Assembly: GCA_036726225.1 (NCBI GenBank)
Contig: DAIMCS010000001.1
Coordinates: forward strand, 5,776 to 69,775
DNA from: Patescibacteria group bacterium
Lineage (GTDB): Bacteria > Patescibacteriota > Doudnabacteria > UBA920
Direction of reading: 5' to 3'
DNA: 64,000 nucleotides
Made by a program: the position numbers and the translations under genes. Each line of letters opens with the position of its first letter. Position 1 is the first letter of the stretch. The notes beneath the pieces were generated by a model, which was given only the letters and a program-made list of their open reading frames with translations, did no database searches and had not been told where the DNA came from. Below, one piece after another: positions 7,654 to 16,667 of this stretch.

Positions 7654-10600
7654 ATGACCCGCCTCTATACTACATACACCATCACAGACCCCAGGGCTAG
7701 ACTTAAAAAAAACCAGTTTGAAGCCTTGGGACTAAAAAACAAAATAGGAGCAGTGTATCTTGCGGACTGTTACACAATTGATGCTAAGCTGGACTCAAAA
7801 AAACTTGAAAAGGCAAAACACCTGCTTGCAAACCCGCTCATCCAAAAAACCCACACTAATCCCTCCACGCTACCCGCTACCCGCTTTTCCCACGCCATAG
7901 AAATTGGCTTTTTACCCGGAGTTACCGACAACGTTGGGCATACTGCCAGGGAAACATTGCAGGACGGCGCCAAGATAAAATTTAAACCTGGACAAAACGT
8001 TTACACGTCCCAGGTCTTTTTTATTTCAGGAAAAATTTCTTTTGCCGATGCAAATAAGATTGCATTGAGCCTGCATAATCCCCTAATCCAGAAGGCTAGT
8101 ATTACTTCTTGGGATGATTTTAAAAAAACCGGTCTTGGGTCTGGAATCCCGAAAGTTAAAATTAAATCCTCAAATAAAATTTTAAAGGTAAATTTAAATG
8201 TGGGCGATGAAGAACTGGCAAAACTTGGGAAGCTGGGAATTCCGGACTACCCCATTCCCGCGAAAGCGGGAATCCATAAAAATGGATCCCCGATCAAGTC
8301 GGGGATGGAAGAAAAGCGACGGGGCCCACTTGCTCTATCGCTGGGTGAACTAAAAGCAATTCAGGCTCACTTTAAAAAGCTGGGCAGACAGCCGACAGAT
8401 GTAGAATTAGAAGCCCTGGCCCAAACCTGGTCTGAGCACTGTAAGCACACAATTTTTTCCGATCCAATTGATGAAATTAAAGAGGGAATTTTTAAACATT
8501 ACATAAAGCGCGCCACTGAAGTAATCCGGAAAAAAAAGGGCCGTAAAGATTTTTGCGTCTCCGTCTTTACCGACAACGCGGGCGGAATTAGTTTTGACTC
8601 CAAAAATATTATTGCTTACAAAGTCGAAACCCATAACACGCCTTCGGCCTTAGACCCTTTTGGCGGCTCAATTACAGGCATTGGCGGAGTTAATCGCGAC
8701 GCTTTGGGTTTTGGCCTGGGCGCAAAACCGGTGGCAAATTTTTACGGCTTTTGTTTGGCTGACCCGGGGGACAAAACAAAATTATATCGTGACAAGCAAC
8801 TTAAAAACCCAATGCTTTCCTCCCGCAGGATTATGGACGGAGTTGTAGCGGGAATTAACGCGGGAGGTAACCAAAGCGGCATCCCCACGCCTTTGGGTTT
8901 TTTGTTTTTCGATTCTAGATACAGAGGCAAGCCTTTGGTGTTTGCAGGAACTTTAGGATTAATCCCCAAAAAAATTGGTAACAAAAAATCCTGGGTAAAA
9001 AAAGCCGAAAGCCAAGATTTAATAGTGATGGTCGGGGGTCGGGTCGGAATGGACGGCATTCACGGCGCTACGTTTTCATCTGAAGGGCTTTCTTCCCACT
9101 CCCCCGCAACCGCCGTGCAAATTGGCGATCCCATTACCCAAAAAAAGTTTTCTGATACTATTTGCAAAGAGGCAAGGGATTTAAATCTTTACAATTCTAT
9201 TACCGACTGCGGCGCCGGAGGAATTTCCAGCGCTGTTGGTGAAATGGCCAAAGAAGCCGGCGGCTGTTTAGTAGAGCTGGATAAAGTTCCGGTAAAATAT
9301 CCGGGCCTGGCACCCTGGCAAATTTGGATTTCAGAGTCGCAGGAAAGAATGGTTTTAGCCGTGCCAAAAAACAAATGGCAAAAATTTTTAAAGCTAATGA
9401 ACGCCAGAGGTGTAGAAGCCACGGTAATTGGCAAGTTTACTCAAGATAATAAATGCGTTGTTAAATACAACGGCAAAAACGTTTTAGATTTAGAAATGGA
9501 ATTTTTACACAACGGCCGGCCAAAGCAGCAGCAAACAACCCGTAAGTCAAAACCCGTAACTCATAAACTGATACTACAAAATAAAAAAGATTTTTCTGCT
9601 GACGTATTAAAAATGTTAGCGCGACTAAACATAACTTCCACAGAATTTGTTAACACCCAGTATGACCACGAAGTCCAAGGCACATCAATTTTAAAACCAC
9701 TCCAAGGCCGCGGCAAAATTAACTCCGAAGCCGCGGTAATTCGCCCTTTGCTGGATTCTAAAAAAGGCGTTGTGCTTTCTTATGGGCTTAATCCTCTACT
9801 TTCAGAAACTGACGCTTACAAAATGTCAGCCAATAGTATAGATGCGGCAATTCGTTCTGCTGTGGCCGCGGGAGCAAATGTTAATTACATGGCGATATTA
9901 GATAACTTCTGTTGGTGTTCACCTCACGATCCAAAAAGACTTTATCAACTTAAAAAAGCAGCCCAAGCCTGCTTTGATATTGCCACTGCTTACGGCACGC
10001 CGTTTATTTCGGGCAAAGACAGTATGCACAACGACTTTAAAGGTTTTGGAAATGACGGTAAACCTTTAAAAATATCAATCCCGCCAACTCTATTAATAAC
10101 CACAATGGGAGTTATAGAGAATGTAGAAAAAGCAATTTCTCTCGATGTTAAACTGCCGGGCGACTTACTCTATATATTAGGAGAGACAAATAACGAACTG
10201 GCCGGAAGCGAATACCTTAATTATGTCATTCCCGCGCAGGCGGGAATCCAAAAACTTGGGATTACTCCAAGTGTTAACACTGATAAAAACCTAAAACTCT
10301 ACCGCTCTTTCTATCAGGCAGTACAAAACAACCTTGTAGCATCCGCCATAAGTGTAAACCGCGGCGGACTCGCTGTTGCTGTGTCAAAATCGGTAATGGG
10401 CGGCGGCCTTGGCGTACAAATTGACCTTAAAAATTTACCGGGAAACTGGAAAGTCAACGCAGAAGGTTTATTTTCAGAAAGTGCCGGCAGAATTTTGGTG
10501 AGCGTGGCCCCTCAAAACGCACAGAAGTTTGAAAAACTTATGCATGGAAATGTATTTGCAAAAATCGGACAAGTGGGGAAAAATCCAAAGCTCGTGATAA

Positions 10601-10683
10601 ATAGCAAAGACGGCAAACAGATTTTGAATGTAAATTTAAACGCTGCGCTAAAAGAATATAAATCTACTTTTAAAGATTATTGA
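7654..10683 (+). CDS. purL: phosphoribosylformylglycinamidine synthase subunit PurL fused to two N-terminal PurS-like domains (PurS-PurS-PurL)
   Basis: 1009 aa; PurL core from about residue 230 (…LGRQPTDVELEALAQTWSEHCKH…). The N-terminal 200 aa contain two repeats ending in the PurS C-terminal signature (LLANPLIQKT and LHNPLIQKA, cf. PurS …LLANPVIE…). Confidence 0.9.
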   Translation: MTRLYTTYTITDPRARLKKNQFEALGLKNKIGAVYLADCYTIDAKLDSKKLEKAKHLLANPLIQKTHTNPSTLPATRFSHAIEIGFLPGVTDNVGHTARETLQDGAKIKFKPGQNVYTSQVFFISGKISFADANKIALSLHNPLIQKASITSWDDFKKTGLGSGIPKVKIKSSNKILKVNLNVGDEELAKLGKLGIPDYPIPAKAGIHKNGSPIKSGMEEKRRGPLALSLGELKAIQAHFKKLGRQPTDVELEALAQTWSEHCKHTIFSDPIDEIKEGIFKHYIKRATEVIRKKKGRKDFCVSVFTDNAGGISFDSKNIIAYKVETHNTPSALDPFGGSITGIGGVNRDALGFGLGAKPVANFYGFCLADPGDKTKLYRDKQLKNPMLSSRRIMDGVVAGINAGGNQSGIPTPLGFLFFDSRYRGKPLVFAGTLGLIPKKIGNKKSWVKKAESQDLIVMVGGRVGMDGIHGATFSSEGLSSHSPATAVQIGDPITQKKFSDTICKEARDLNLYNSITDCGAGGISSAVGEMAKEAGGCLVELDKVPVKYPGLAPWQIWISESQERMVLAVPKNKWQKFLKLMNARGVEATVIGKFTQDNKCVVKYNGKNVLDLEMEFLHNGRPKQQQTTRKSKPVTHKLILQNKKDFSADVLKMLARLNITSTEFVNTQYDHEVQGTSILKPLQGRGKINSEAAVIRPLLDSKKGVVLSYGLNPLLSETDAYKMSANSIDAAIRSAVAAGANVNYMAILDNFCWCSPHDPKRLYQLKKAAQACFDIATAYGTPFISGKDSMHNDFKGFGNDGKPLKISIPPTLLITTMGVIENVEKAISLDVKLPGDLLYILGETNNELAGSEYLNYVIPAQAGIQKLGITPSVNTDKNLKLYRSFYQAVQNNLVASAISVNRGGLAVAVSKSVMGGGLGVQIDLKNLPGNWKVNAEGLFSESAGRILVSVAPQNAQKFEKLMHGNVFAKIGQVGKNPKLVINSKDGKQILNVNLNAALKEYKSTFKDY

Positions 10684-10750
10684 TCTAGGTAGTTAGCTAA
10701 TTTATCAGCTGTTAAAACAGCCCATAAATGGGCTGACTACAAAACCCTAT

Positions 10751-11527
10751 ATGGCTAAATCGTTACCCAAAATCATTGTACTTGCCGGCTACGGCCTTAA
10801 CTGCGAAGAGGAAACCGCGGCTGCTTTTACTTTGGCCGGCGGTCTGGCCGAGATTGTACATATTAACGATTTAGTGGAAAATCCAAAAAAATTAATGAGC
10901 TACCAAATATTGGCAATACCGGGCGGCTTTTCTTACGGCGATGATTTAGGCGGAGGCAAGGCTTACGCCAACAAATTAAATAACCACTTAAAAAAATATT
11001 TAAAGGAATTTACTTCCAAGGATAAATTAGTAATTGGGATTTGTAACGGCTTTCAAATTTTAACCCAAGCCGGCCTGCTTCCCGGCGCCTTGGTTTTTAA
11101 TGACAATAATAGATACACGGACAGGTGGGTAGACTTACGCATACAATCAAGCAGTCCCTGGCTTACTGGAATTAAAACATTGTCAGTACCCATTGCGCAC
11201 GGGGAAGGTAAATTTGTTGCAGATAATAACACCTTATCAACAATCAAAAAAAACCGCCAAATTGCTGGTGTATACTATAAAGGCGACGTCTGTGCTTACC
11301 AAAACCTTGCAGCGAACCCTAACGGATCAACTGCCGATTTAGCTATTATGACCTCTGAAAACGGCAAAATCTTGGGCACTATGCCCCACCCCGAACGCGC
11401 TATGTTCTTTACCCAAAGTCCTATGTGGCCACTTATGAAGGAGAAGCTGATTCGGTCGGGTCAAAAATTGCCAAAGTATGGGGATGGGTTAAAGATATTT
11501 GTTAACGGAGTGAAATACTTTATTTAA
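10751..11527 (+). CDS. purQ: phosphoribosylformylglycinamidine synthase glutaminase subunit PurQ
   Basis: Class I glutamine amidotransferase motifs GICNGFQIL and HGEG. Confidence 0.9.
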   Translation: MAKSLPKIIVLAGYGLNCEEETAAAFTLAGGLAEIVHINDLVENPKKLMSYQILAIPGGFSYGDDLGGGKAYANKLNNHLKKYLKEFTSKDKLVIGICNGFQILTQAGLLPGALVFNDNNRYTDRWVDLRIQSSSPWLTGIKTLSVPIAHGEGKFVADNNTLSTIKKNRQIAGVYYKGDVCAYQNLAANPNGSTADLAIMTSENGKILGTMPHPERAMFFTQSPMWPLMKEKLIRSGQKLPKYGDGLKIFVNGVKYFI

Positions 11528-11531
11528 TCCT

Positions 11532-11994
11532 GCGAACTTACGAAATAATCGAACTACGAACCATGTATTCGCCTAATAAAATTAAAAAAACAGACCTCTT
11601 GTATCCAGAATTATCTTACAAAATTGTTGGAGCCCTTTTAGAAGTTAATAAAGAACTCGGGCCAAATCATCAAGAAAAACATTACCAGAAAGCAATAGCC
11701 GAAGAATTTAGACTAAAAGGAATTAATTTTAAGGAACAAGTTCCGATAAAATTGGTTTACAAAGATTTTCCAATCGGAATTTATTATGCCGATTTTATTG
11801 TTGAAGATAAAATTATCGTGGAATTAAAAACAGACCGATTTTTCACGAGAAAAAATATAGAGCAAACGCTCGCATATTTAAAAAGTTTTAATTTGAAACT
11901 TGGTATACTATCAAATTTTACTAAGAAAGGCTTAGAATATAAAAGAATTGTTAATTTAGAGACCGTTCGTAGTTCGGAAAAGTTCGTAAGTTCG
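11532..11994 (+). mobile_element. GxxExxY-gene cassette bounded by 29-bp imperfect terminal inverted repeats (CGAACTTACGAAataatCGAACTACGAAC … GTTCGTAGTTCGgaaaaGTTCGTAAGTTCG)
   Basis: IRs at 11532-11562 and 11965-11994 precisely bracket ORF 11563..12009 between purQ and purF; the ORF C-terminus is translated through the right IR. Confidence 0.5.
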
Positions 11995-12009
11995 AAGGAG
12001 CCAATATGA
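11563..12009 (+). CDS. GxxExxY-family protein (PD-(D/E)XK-like)
   Basis: VGALLEVNKELGPNHQEKHYQKAIAEEF matches the GxxExxY signature region; its stop overlaps the purF ATG. Confidence 0.75.
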   Translation: MYSPNKIKKTDLLYPELSYKIVGALLEVNKELGPNHQEKHYQKAIAEEFRLKGINFKEQVPIKLVYKDFPIGIYYADFIVEDKIIVELKTDRFFTRKNIEQTLAYLKSFNLKLGILSNFTKKGLEYKRIVNLETVRSSEKFVSSKEPI

Positions 12010-13427
12010 ATGACCTAAACCACAAATGCGGAATATTCGGAATTTACGGGAAAAACTTAGACGTAAGCCGTCTAACCTTTTACGGGCTTTTTGCATTGCA
12101 GCACCGGGGCCAAGAAAGCACCGGGATTGCTGTAGCCAATGGCTTTGGTCTAGATTGCTATAAAAACATGGGGCTGGTCACACAGGTTTACAATGAAGAA
12201 ACAATTCAAAGTCTTAAGGGTCATATTGCCATTGGGCATAACCGCTACTCCACCTCCGAAGGCTCGCATATTAAACACGCCCAGCCTGTAGTTATTAACC
12301 ATCATATTGCTTTGGCCCATAACGGCAATTTGCCTTCTGTAACCGAATTAAAAGAATTTTTAGAAGGCAAAGATATTTCCACCGACGACTGCTCAGATTC
12401 CGAGCTTATGGCCAAAGCCCTCGCCTACTATATAGAACACGGAAATAGCATTAAAGATGCAGTCATAAAAGCCTACCCACTTTTTACGGGCGCTTTTTGT
12501 TTAACTATTTTAACCAAAGACTCACTCATTGCGATTCGGGACAGCTACGGCATTAGGCCGCTTTCTTTGGGAAAAATAAACGGCAACACCACGGTTATTG
12601 CTTCAGAAACCTGTGCTTTCCACACTGTGGGTGCAAAGTTTGTGCGCGAAATTGAACCAGGCGAAATGGTGATTATAAATGAAAAAGGGATTGAATCGGT
12701 AAAACTATCGGATGCCAAAACCAAGTTGGACATTTTTGAGTTTGTTTATTTTGCCAGGCCAGACAGCCAAATTTTAGGCAAATCGGTTTACGAGGTTAGG
12801 AACAACTGCGGCATGAAGCTGGCCGAAGAATATCCTATTGATGCTGACATAATCGTCCCCGTTCCCGAAACCGCTTACCCCGTGGCCAGCGGCTACAGTA
12901 AAGCTTTGGGCATCCCAATGGAAATGGCGCTGGTTAAAAACCGCTACATCCACAGAACTTTTATTCAGCCCGAAGAACACAGCCGCGATTTGGGGGTAAA
13001 ATTAAAACTCACTCCCCTGCCCGAGGTCTTAAAGGGTAAAAAAATTGTAGTTATGGATGACTCTATAGTAAGAGGCACCACTTCCAGGCAGTTGGTTAAA
13101 ATGCTTTTTGAGGCCGGCTGTACGGAAGTCCATTTGTTAATTAGCTCGCCGCCGGTAAAGTACCCGGACTTTTATGGCATTGATACTCCCAGACAAAAAG
13201 ATTTAATCGCTGCGCACAAAACTGTGGAAGAAATTCGCCAATACCTGGGCGCAACCAGTTTGTATTTCCTTTCTTTAAAAGGCTTGCTCGAGTCTACCGG
13301 CGTTTCAGAAGACTTATTTTGCACTTCCTGCTTTACAGGAAATTACCCCATAGATTTAAAAGAACGTGCAGCCGAAATTAAAGAACCGGTCTATACCAAA
13401 GTGAAACCCCAAGGAGCATTATTTTAA
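12006..13427 (+). CDS. purF: amidophosphoribosyltransferase PurF
   Basis: N-terminal CGIFGIYG (Ntn glutaminase) and C-terminal PRTase domain. Confidence 0.9.
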   Translation: MNDLNHKCGIFGIYGKNLDVSRLTFYGLFALQHRGQESTGIAVANGFGLDCYKNMGLVTQVYNEETIQSLKGHIAIGHNRYSTSEGSHIKHAQPVVINHHIALAHNGNLPSVTELKEFLEGKDISTDDCSDSELMAKALAYYIEHGNSIKDAVIKAYPLFTGAFCLTILTKDSLIAIRDSYGIRPLSLGKINGNTTVIASETCAFHTVGAKFVREIEPGEMVIINEKGIESVKLSDAKTKLDIFEFVYFARPDSQILGKSVYEVRNNCGMKLAEEYPIDADIIVPVPETAYPVASGYSKALGIPMEMALVKNRYIHRTFIQPEEHSRDLGVKLKLTPLPEVLKGKKIVVMDDSIVRGTTSRQLVKMLFEAGCTEVHLLISSPPVKYPDFYGIDTPRQKDLIAAHKTVEEIRQYLGATSLYFLSLKGLLESTGVSEDLFCTSCFTGNYPIDLKERAAEIKEPVYTKVKPQGALF

Positions 13428-13440
13428 AATACACTATACT

Positions 13441-13476
13441 ACAATACATTCATACACGACTGTATGAATGTATTGT
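13441..13476. repeat. 36-bp perfect palindrome ACAATACATTCATACAcgacTGTATGAATGTATTGT immediately 5' of the YerC-like gene
   Basis: 16-bp perfect arms; a near-identical copy lies at 13975-14002 immediately 3' of the same gene. Confidence 0.7.
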
Positions 13477-13482
13477 CCGAAT

Positions 13483-13974
13483 ATGACAAAATTATCGCGT
13501 AAACACTTAGACCCAGAAAACTTTGGCCACTATGTTAACAACTTATGGTCGGCTTTTACTTTAATGGATTCTAAAGAAGATATTAAAACACTCTTTAAAG
13601 ATTTATTCACACACACCGAATACAAAATGTTTGCCAAGAGAATGGAGATCGCGAGACGGCTGCTAGAAGGTCAAACCTATGAGCAAATAGATAAAGAGTT
13701 ACACGTAACCGCAAGGACAATTACCACCGTAAACAATATTTTAGCTGAAAGGGGTGAGGGCTTACGCAAGGCTCACAATAAACTAAGTGCTTTGGAAGCA
13801 AAATATTTAGACAAACATCAGAAGATTACAAAAAACTTAGAAAACCCCTTCCGACAAAAGGCGAAAAGGAAAACCCTGGGAGGAGCCTTGCTTAAAGCCG
13901 GAATAATGGCCTTAGACAAAAGGATTAGCAAAAAATTAAAAGACAAAACCGCAAAAGACATGCTCGAAATTTAA
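13483..13974 (+). CDS. TrpR-like YerC/YecD-family DNA-binding protein with C-terminal basic extension
   Basis: LFKDLFTHTEYKMFAKRMEIARRLLEGQTYEQIDKELHVTARTITTVNNIL matches the YerC/TrpR-related HTH. Start set at the second ATG, outside the palindrome. Confidence 0.6.
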   Translation: MTKLSRKHLDPENFGHYVNNLWSAFTLMDSKEDIKTLFKDLFTHTEYKMFAKRMEIARRLLEGQTYEQIDKELHVTARTITTVNNILAERGEGLRKAHNKLSALEAKYLDKHQKITKNLENPFRQKAKRKTLGGALLKAGIMALDKRISKKLKDKTAKDMLEI

Positions 13975-14002
13975 CACATTCATACAGTCGTGTATGAATG
14001 TG
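13975..14002. repeat. second copy of the TGTATGAATGT palindrome (CACATTCATACAgtcgTGTATGAATGTG), followed by a T-run
   Basis: 12-bp perfect arms, then ttacttttttat. It lies between the YerC-like stop and the purN ATG. Confidence 0.7.
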
Positions 14003-14013
14003 ATTACTTTTTT

Positions 14014-14616
14014 ATGAAAACATTAACAATATTAATTTCGAATGTCGGCACGGGCACTAACCTCCAGGCTATTATAGACGGCACAAAATCCGGCCGGATA
14101 AAAGCTGAAATTGGCTCGGTTGTGTGTGACAAAGTAGACGCTCCGGGGTTAGAGCGGGCGAGACAAAATAATTTGCCAATTGAAATTTGCGCAAAAAAAG
14201 AAGAGTTACTCCCGCTTTTGCAAAAATTAAACCCTGATTATATTTGTTTAGCCGGTTGGAAACAAATAATACTCAACGAGGTAATAAACGCTTTCCCAAA
14301 TAAAATTTTAAATTTGCACCCGGGCTTAATTCCCGACAGCGAAGAGGGCACGGTAAAAAACCCGGACGATACAGACGGACTTTGGAATAAAGGTATGCTT
14401 ACCACAAAGGCTATCCAGAATTTTCTAGATCAAAAAGCTGGTTTTGCCGGATCTTCTATTCATTTTTTAACTTTAAATTTCGATTTTGGGCCCGTTCTCG
14501 GCCGCTGTTTTGAAAAAGTTGAGACCAACGATACAGTAGAAACGCTTTACGCAAGGCTAAAAAAGAAAGAAAATGCTTTGTATGTTGAGGTTTTAGAAAG
14601 GCTAACTAATGGGTAA
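14014..14616 (+). CDS. purN: phosphoribosylglycinamide formyltransferase PurN
   Basis: MKTLTILISNVGTGTNLQAIID… N-terminal folate-binding motif. Start moved to ATG 14014, outside the palindrome. Confidence 0.85.
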   Translation: MKTLTILISNVGTGTNLQAIIDGTKSGRIKAEIGSVVCDKVDAPGLERARQNNLPIEICAKKEELLPLLQKLNPDYICLAGWKQIILNEVINAFPNKILNLHPGLIPDSEEGTVKNPDDTDGLWNKGMLTTKAIQNFLDQKAGFAGSSIHFLTLNFDFGPVLGRCFEKVETNDTVETLYARLKKKENALYVEVLERLTNG

Positions 14617-15964
14617 TATCATGTCCGCCGAAGGCGCCCGCCTGCCCGGCCGGCAGGGATCCGCCTCTGGCGGAAAAAAAATCCTAATAATTGGCGGAGG
14701 TGGACGTGAGCATGCTTTGGCTTGGAAAATTAAACAATCTCCGCAAGTGGAGAAAATTTTTATTGCGCCCGGTAACGCAGGGACGGCAGAGGTTGGGGAA
14801 AATGTCGCTATACCTATTAGTGATATAGGCGAGCTTGCCCAGTTTGCTTTAAAAAGCCAAATTGACCTTACTGTAGTTGGCCCGGATGACGCCCTGGCCG
14901 CCGGGATAGTAGACGCTTTTTTGGAAAAAAATTTAAAAATTTGGGGGCCGGTTAAAGCTGCTTCCAAAATAGAATGGTCAAAAAGTTTTGCTAAAGAATT
15001 AATGAGCCGGCAAAACATTCCCACGGCCCATTACAAAACCTTCACAGACTATAACCTCGCCTGGGCTTACATTAAGCCTCAATTCTTGCCTGTGGTAATT
15101 AAAGCCTCCGGCTTGGCATTAGGCAAAGGCGTAACCATTTGCCACACTATGGAAGAAGCCGAAGAGGTGTTAAGAGATTTAATGATAAATAAAACCCTTG
15201 GACAAGCCGGGACAGAAGTGGTCATTGAACAATTTCTACAAGGACCGGAATTCTCTATCCACGCGTTTTGTGACGGAGAAAATTTTAAACTTCTGCCGCC
15301 CGCCCAAGACCACAAATCCATATTCAACGGAGACAAAGGCCCTAACACCGGCGGTATGGGCACCATTGCTCCCCTACCTTGGGTTAGCCAAGAGCTGCTA
15401 AACGAAGTCGCAGAAAAAATAGTTAAACCAACCCTGGAGGGCTTAAAAAAACTAGGTTCGCCTTTTGTTGGGCTACTGTATCCGGGGTTAATGCTAACCA
15501 AAGAAGGACCAAAAGTTATTGAATTTAACGCCCGGTTTGGGGACCCTGAAACCCAAAGTTTAATGCGATTGCTCAAAACTGACCTTTTGGAAATTTTGGA
15601 AGCGTGTGTGGATGGTAATTTGGATAAATTAAATATAGAGTGGAACAACAAATACGCCTGCTGCATTGCCCTGGCCTCGGGCGGATATCCGGGAAAGTAT
15701 GAAAAAGGATTACCCATTTCTGGAATCGAAGAAGCCTCAAAAATGGAAAATGTAATTGTTTTCCACGCCGGAACAAAAATCAGCGATGATCAACTTGTCA
15801 CTAATGGCGGCAGAGTTTTAGGAGTCAGCGTAACAGCTGATAATTTAAAATCCGCGCTTGATAAAGCCTACGAAGCAGCAAAATTAATCCACTTTGATGG
15901 AATGCATTACAGAACGGACATCGGCGCCAAATCGCTTGACTACTCACTAACCACTACTCACTAA
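14609..15964 (+). CDS. purD: phosphoribosylamine--glycine ligase PurD, with an N-terminal roughly 19-aa extension encoded by a GC-rich hairpin insert
   Basis: KILIIGGGGREHALAWK… ATP-grasp fold; the extension …LPGRQGSASGGK precedes the canonical start region. Confidence 0.9.
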   Translation: MGNIMSAEGARLPGRQGSASGGKKILIIGGGGREHALAWKIKQSPQVEKIFIAPGNAGTAEVGENVAIPISDIGELAQFALKSQIDLTVVGPDDALAAGIVDAFLEKNLKIWGPVKAASKIEWSKSFAKELMSRQNIPTAHYKTFTDYNLAWAYIKPQFLPVVIKASGLALGKGVTICHTMEEAEEVLRDLMINKTLGQAGTEVVIEQFLQGPEFSIHAFCDGENFKLLPPAQDHKSIFNGDKGPNTGGMGTIAPLPWVSQELLNEVAEKIVKPTLEGLKKLGSPFVGLLYPGLMLTKEGPKVIEFNARFGDPETQSLMRLLKTDLLEILEACVDGNLDKLNIEWNNKYACCIALASGGYPGKYEKGLPISGIEEASKMENVIVFHAGTKISDDQLVTNGGRVLGVSVTADNLKSALDKAYEAAKLIHFDGMHYRTDIGAKSLDYSLTTTH

Positions 15965-15990
15965 CCACTACTCACTAACCACTACTCTTA
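15947..15990. repeat. 14-bp tandem repeat (actcactaaccact) x3 at the purD stop / HAD-gene upstream
   Basis: Direct reading of ctactcactaaccactactcactaaccactactcactaaccactactc. Confidence 0.8.
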
Positions 15991-16667
15991 TGATAAAACT
16001 TGTAGCTTTTGACTGGAACGGCACATTAATAGCCGACACTAAGCTGGCCGTTGCCGGTGATAACTACGCTGTTAAACCTTATTTAAGAAGAAAAATAACT
16101 TTAAAATTATTGCAGGCCCATTTCCAAATACCCATAATTCACTATCTAATGGCTTTGGGTATGGACAGGCAAGCTTACTTAAACCACAGCATAGAAATTA
16201 ATGGCAGATTCAACAAACATTATGAAGCTAGAGTAAGTAACTGCCGAACACGCGCGGGAGTAAGGGTTTGTTTACAATATTTGGCAGAAAATAATATTAA
16301 AACGGTAATTTACAGCAATCATGTGACAAATTATATAATAAAACAGCTTAAAAGATTAAAAATAGAAAAATATTTCGACGTGGTATTAGCCCGCGAAGAT
16401 GACGATCATTCGCATTTACACAGCAGGGGCAAAGCCGAAAAGCTTAAAAATTTTATTAAAAGGCATAAATTAAAACCAAATGAAATTATATCAGTCGGCG
16501 ATTCCGAAGAAGAAATAGAAATTGGGAAAGATGGGGGTTACCACACTGTAGCAATAACAGGAGGCTATAATTCTACTTCGCGATTGAGAAAAACCCATCC
16601 AGATTTTTTAATAAGTAATATGTTAGAATTAAAAAAGATAATTAAGAAATTAAATTATGAGAGGTGA
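15990..16667 (+). CDS. HAD-family hydrolase (phosphoglycolate phosphatase-like)
   Basis: MIKLVAFDWNGTLI motif I; GDSEEE motif IV. Confidence 0.7.
   Translation: MIKLVAFDWNGTLIADTKLAVAGDNYAVKPYLRRKITLKLLQAHFQIPIIHYLMALGMDRQAYLNHSIEINGRFNKHYEARVSNCRTRAGVRVCLQYLAENNIKTVIYSNHVTNYIIKQLKRLKIEKYFDVVLAREDDDHSHLHSRGKAEKLKNFIKRHKLKPNEIISVGDSEEEIEIGKDGGYHTVAITGGYNSTSRLRKTHPDFLISNMLELKKIIKKLNYER

Noticed and set aside
10700-10745. Hairpin CAGCCCAtaaaTGGGCTG between purL and purQ as a terminator
   Set aside because: No T-run follows and the genes are clearly co-operonic. It is probably an mRNA stability or processing hairpin at most.
14602-15776. Antisense ORFs within purD: 14602..15024(-), 15079..15717(-), 15573..15776(-)
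   Set aside because: They are opposite a well-supported purD reading frame and have a Pro/Ser/Arg-rich composition typical of antisense artefacts.
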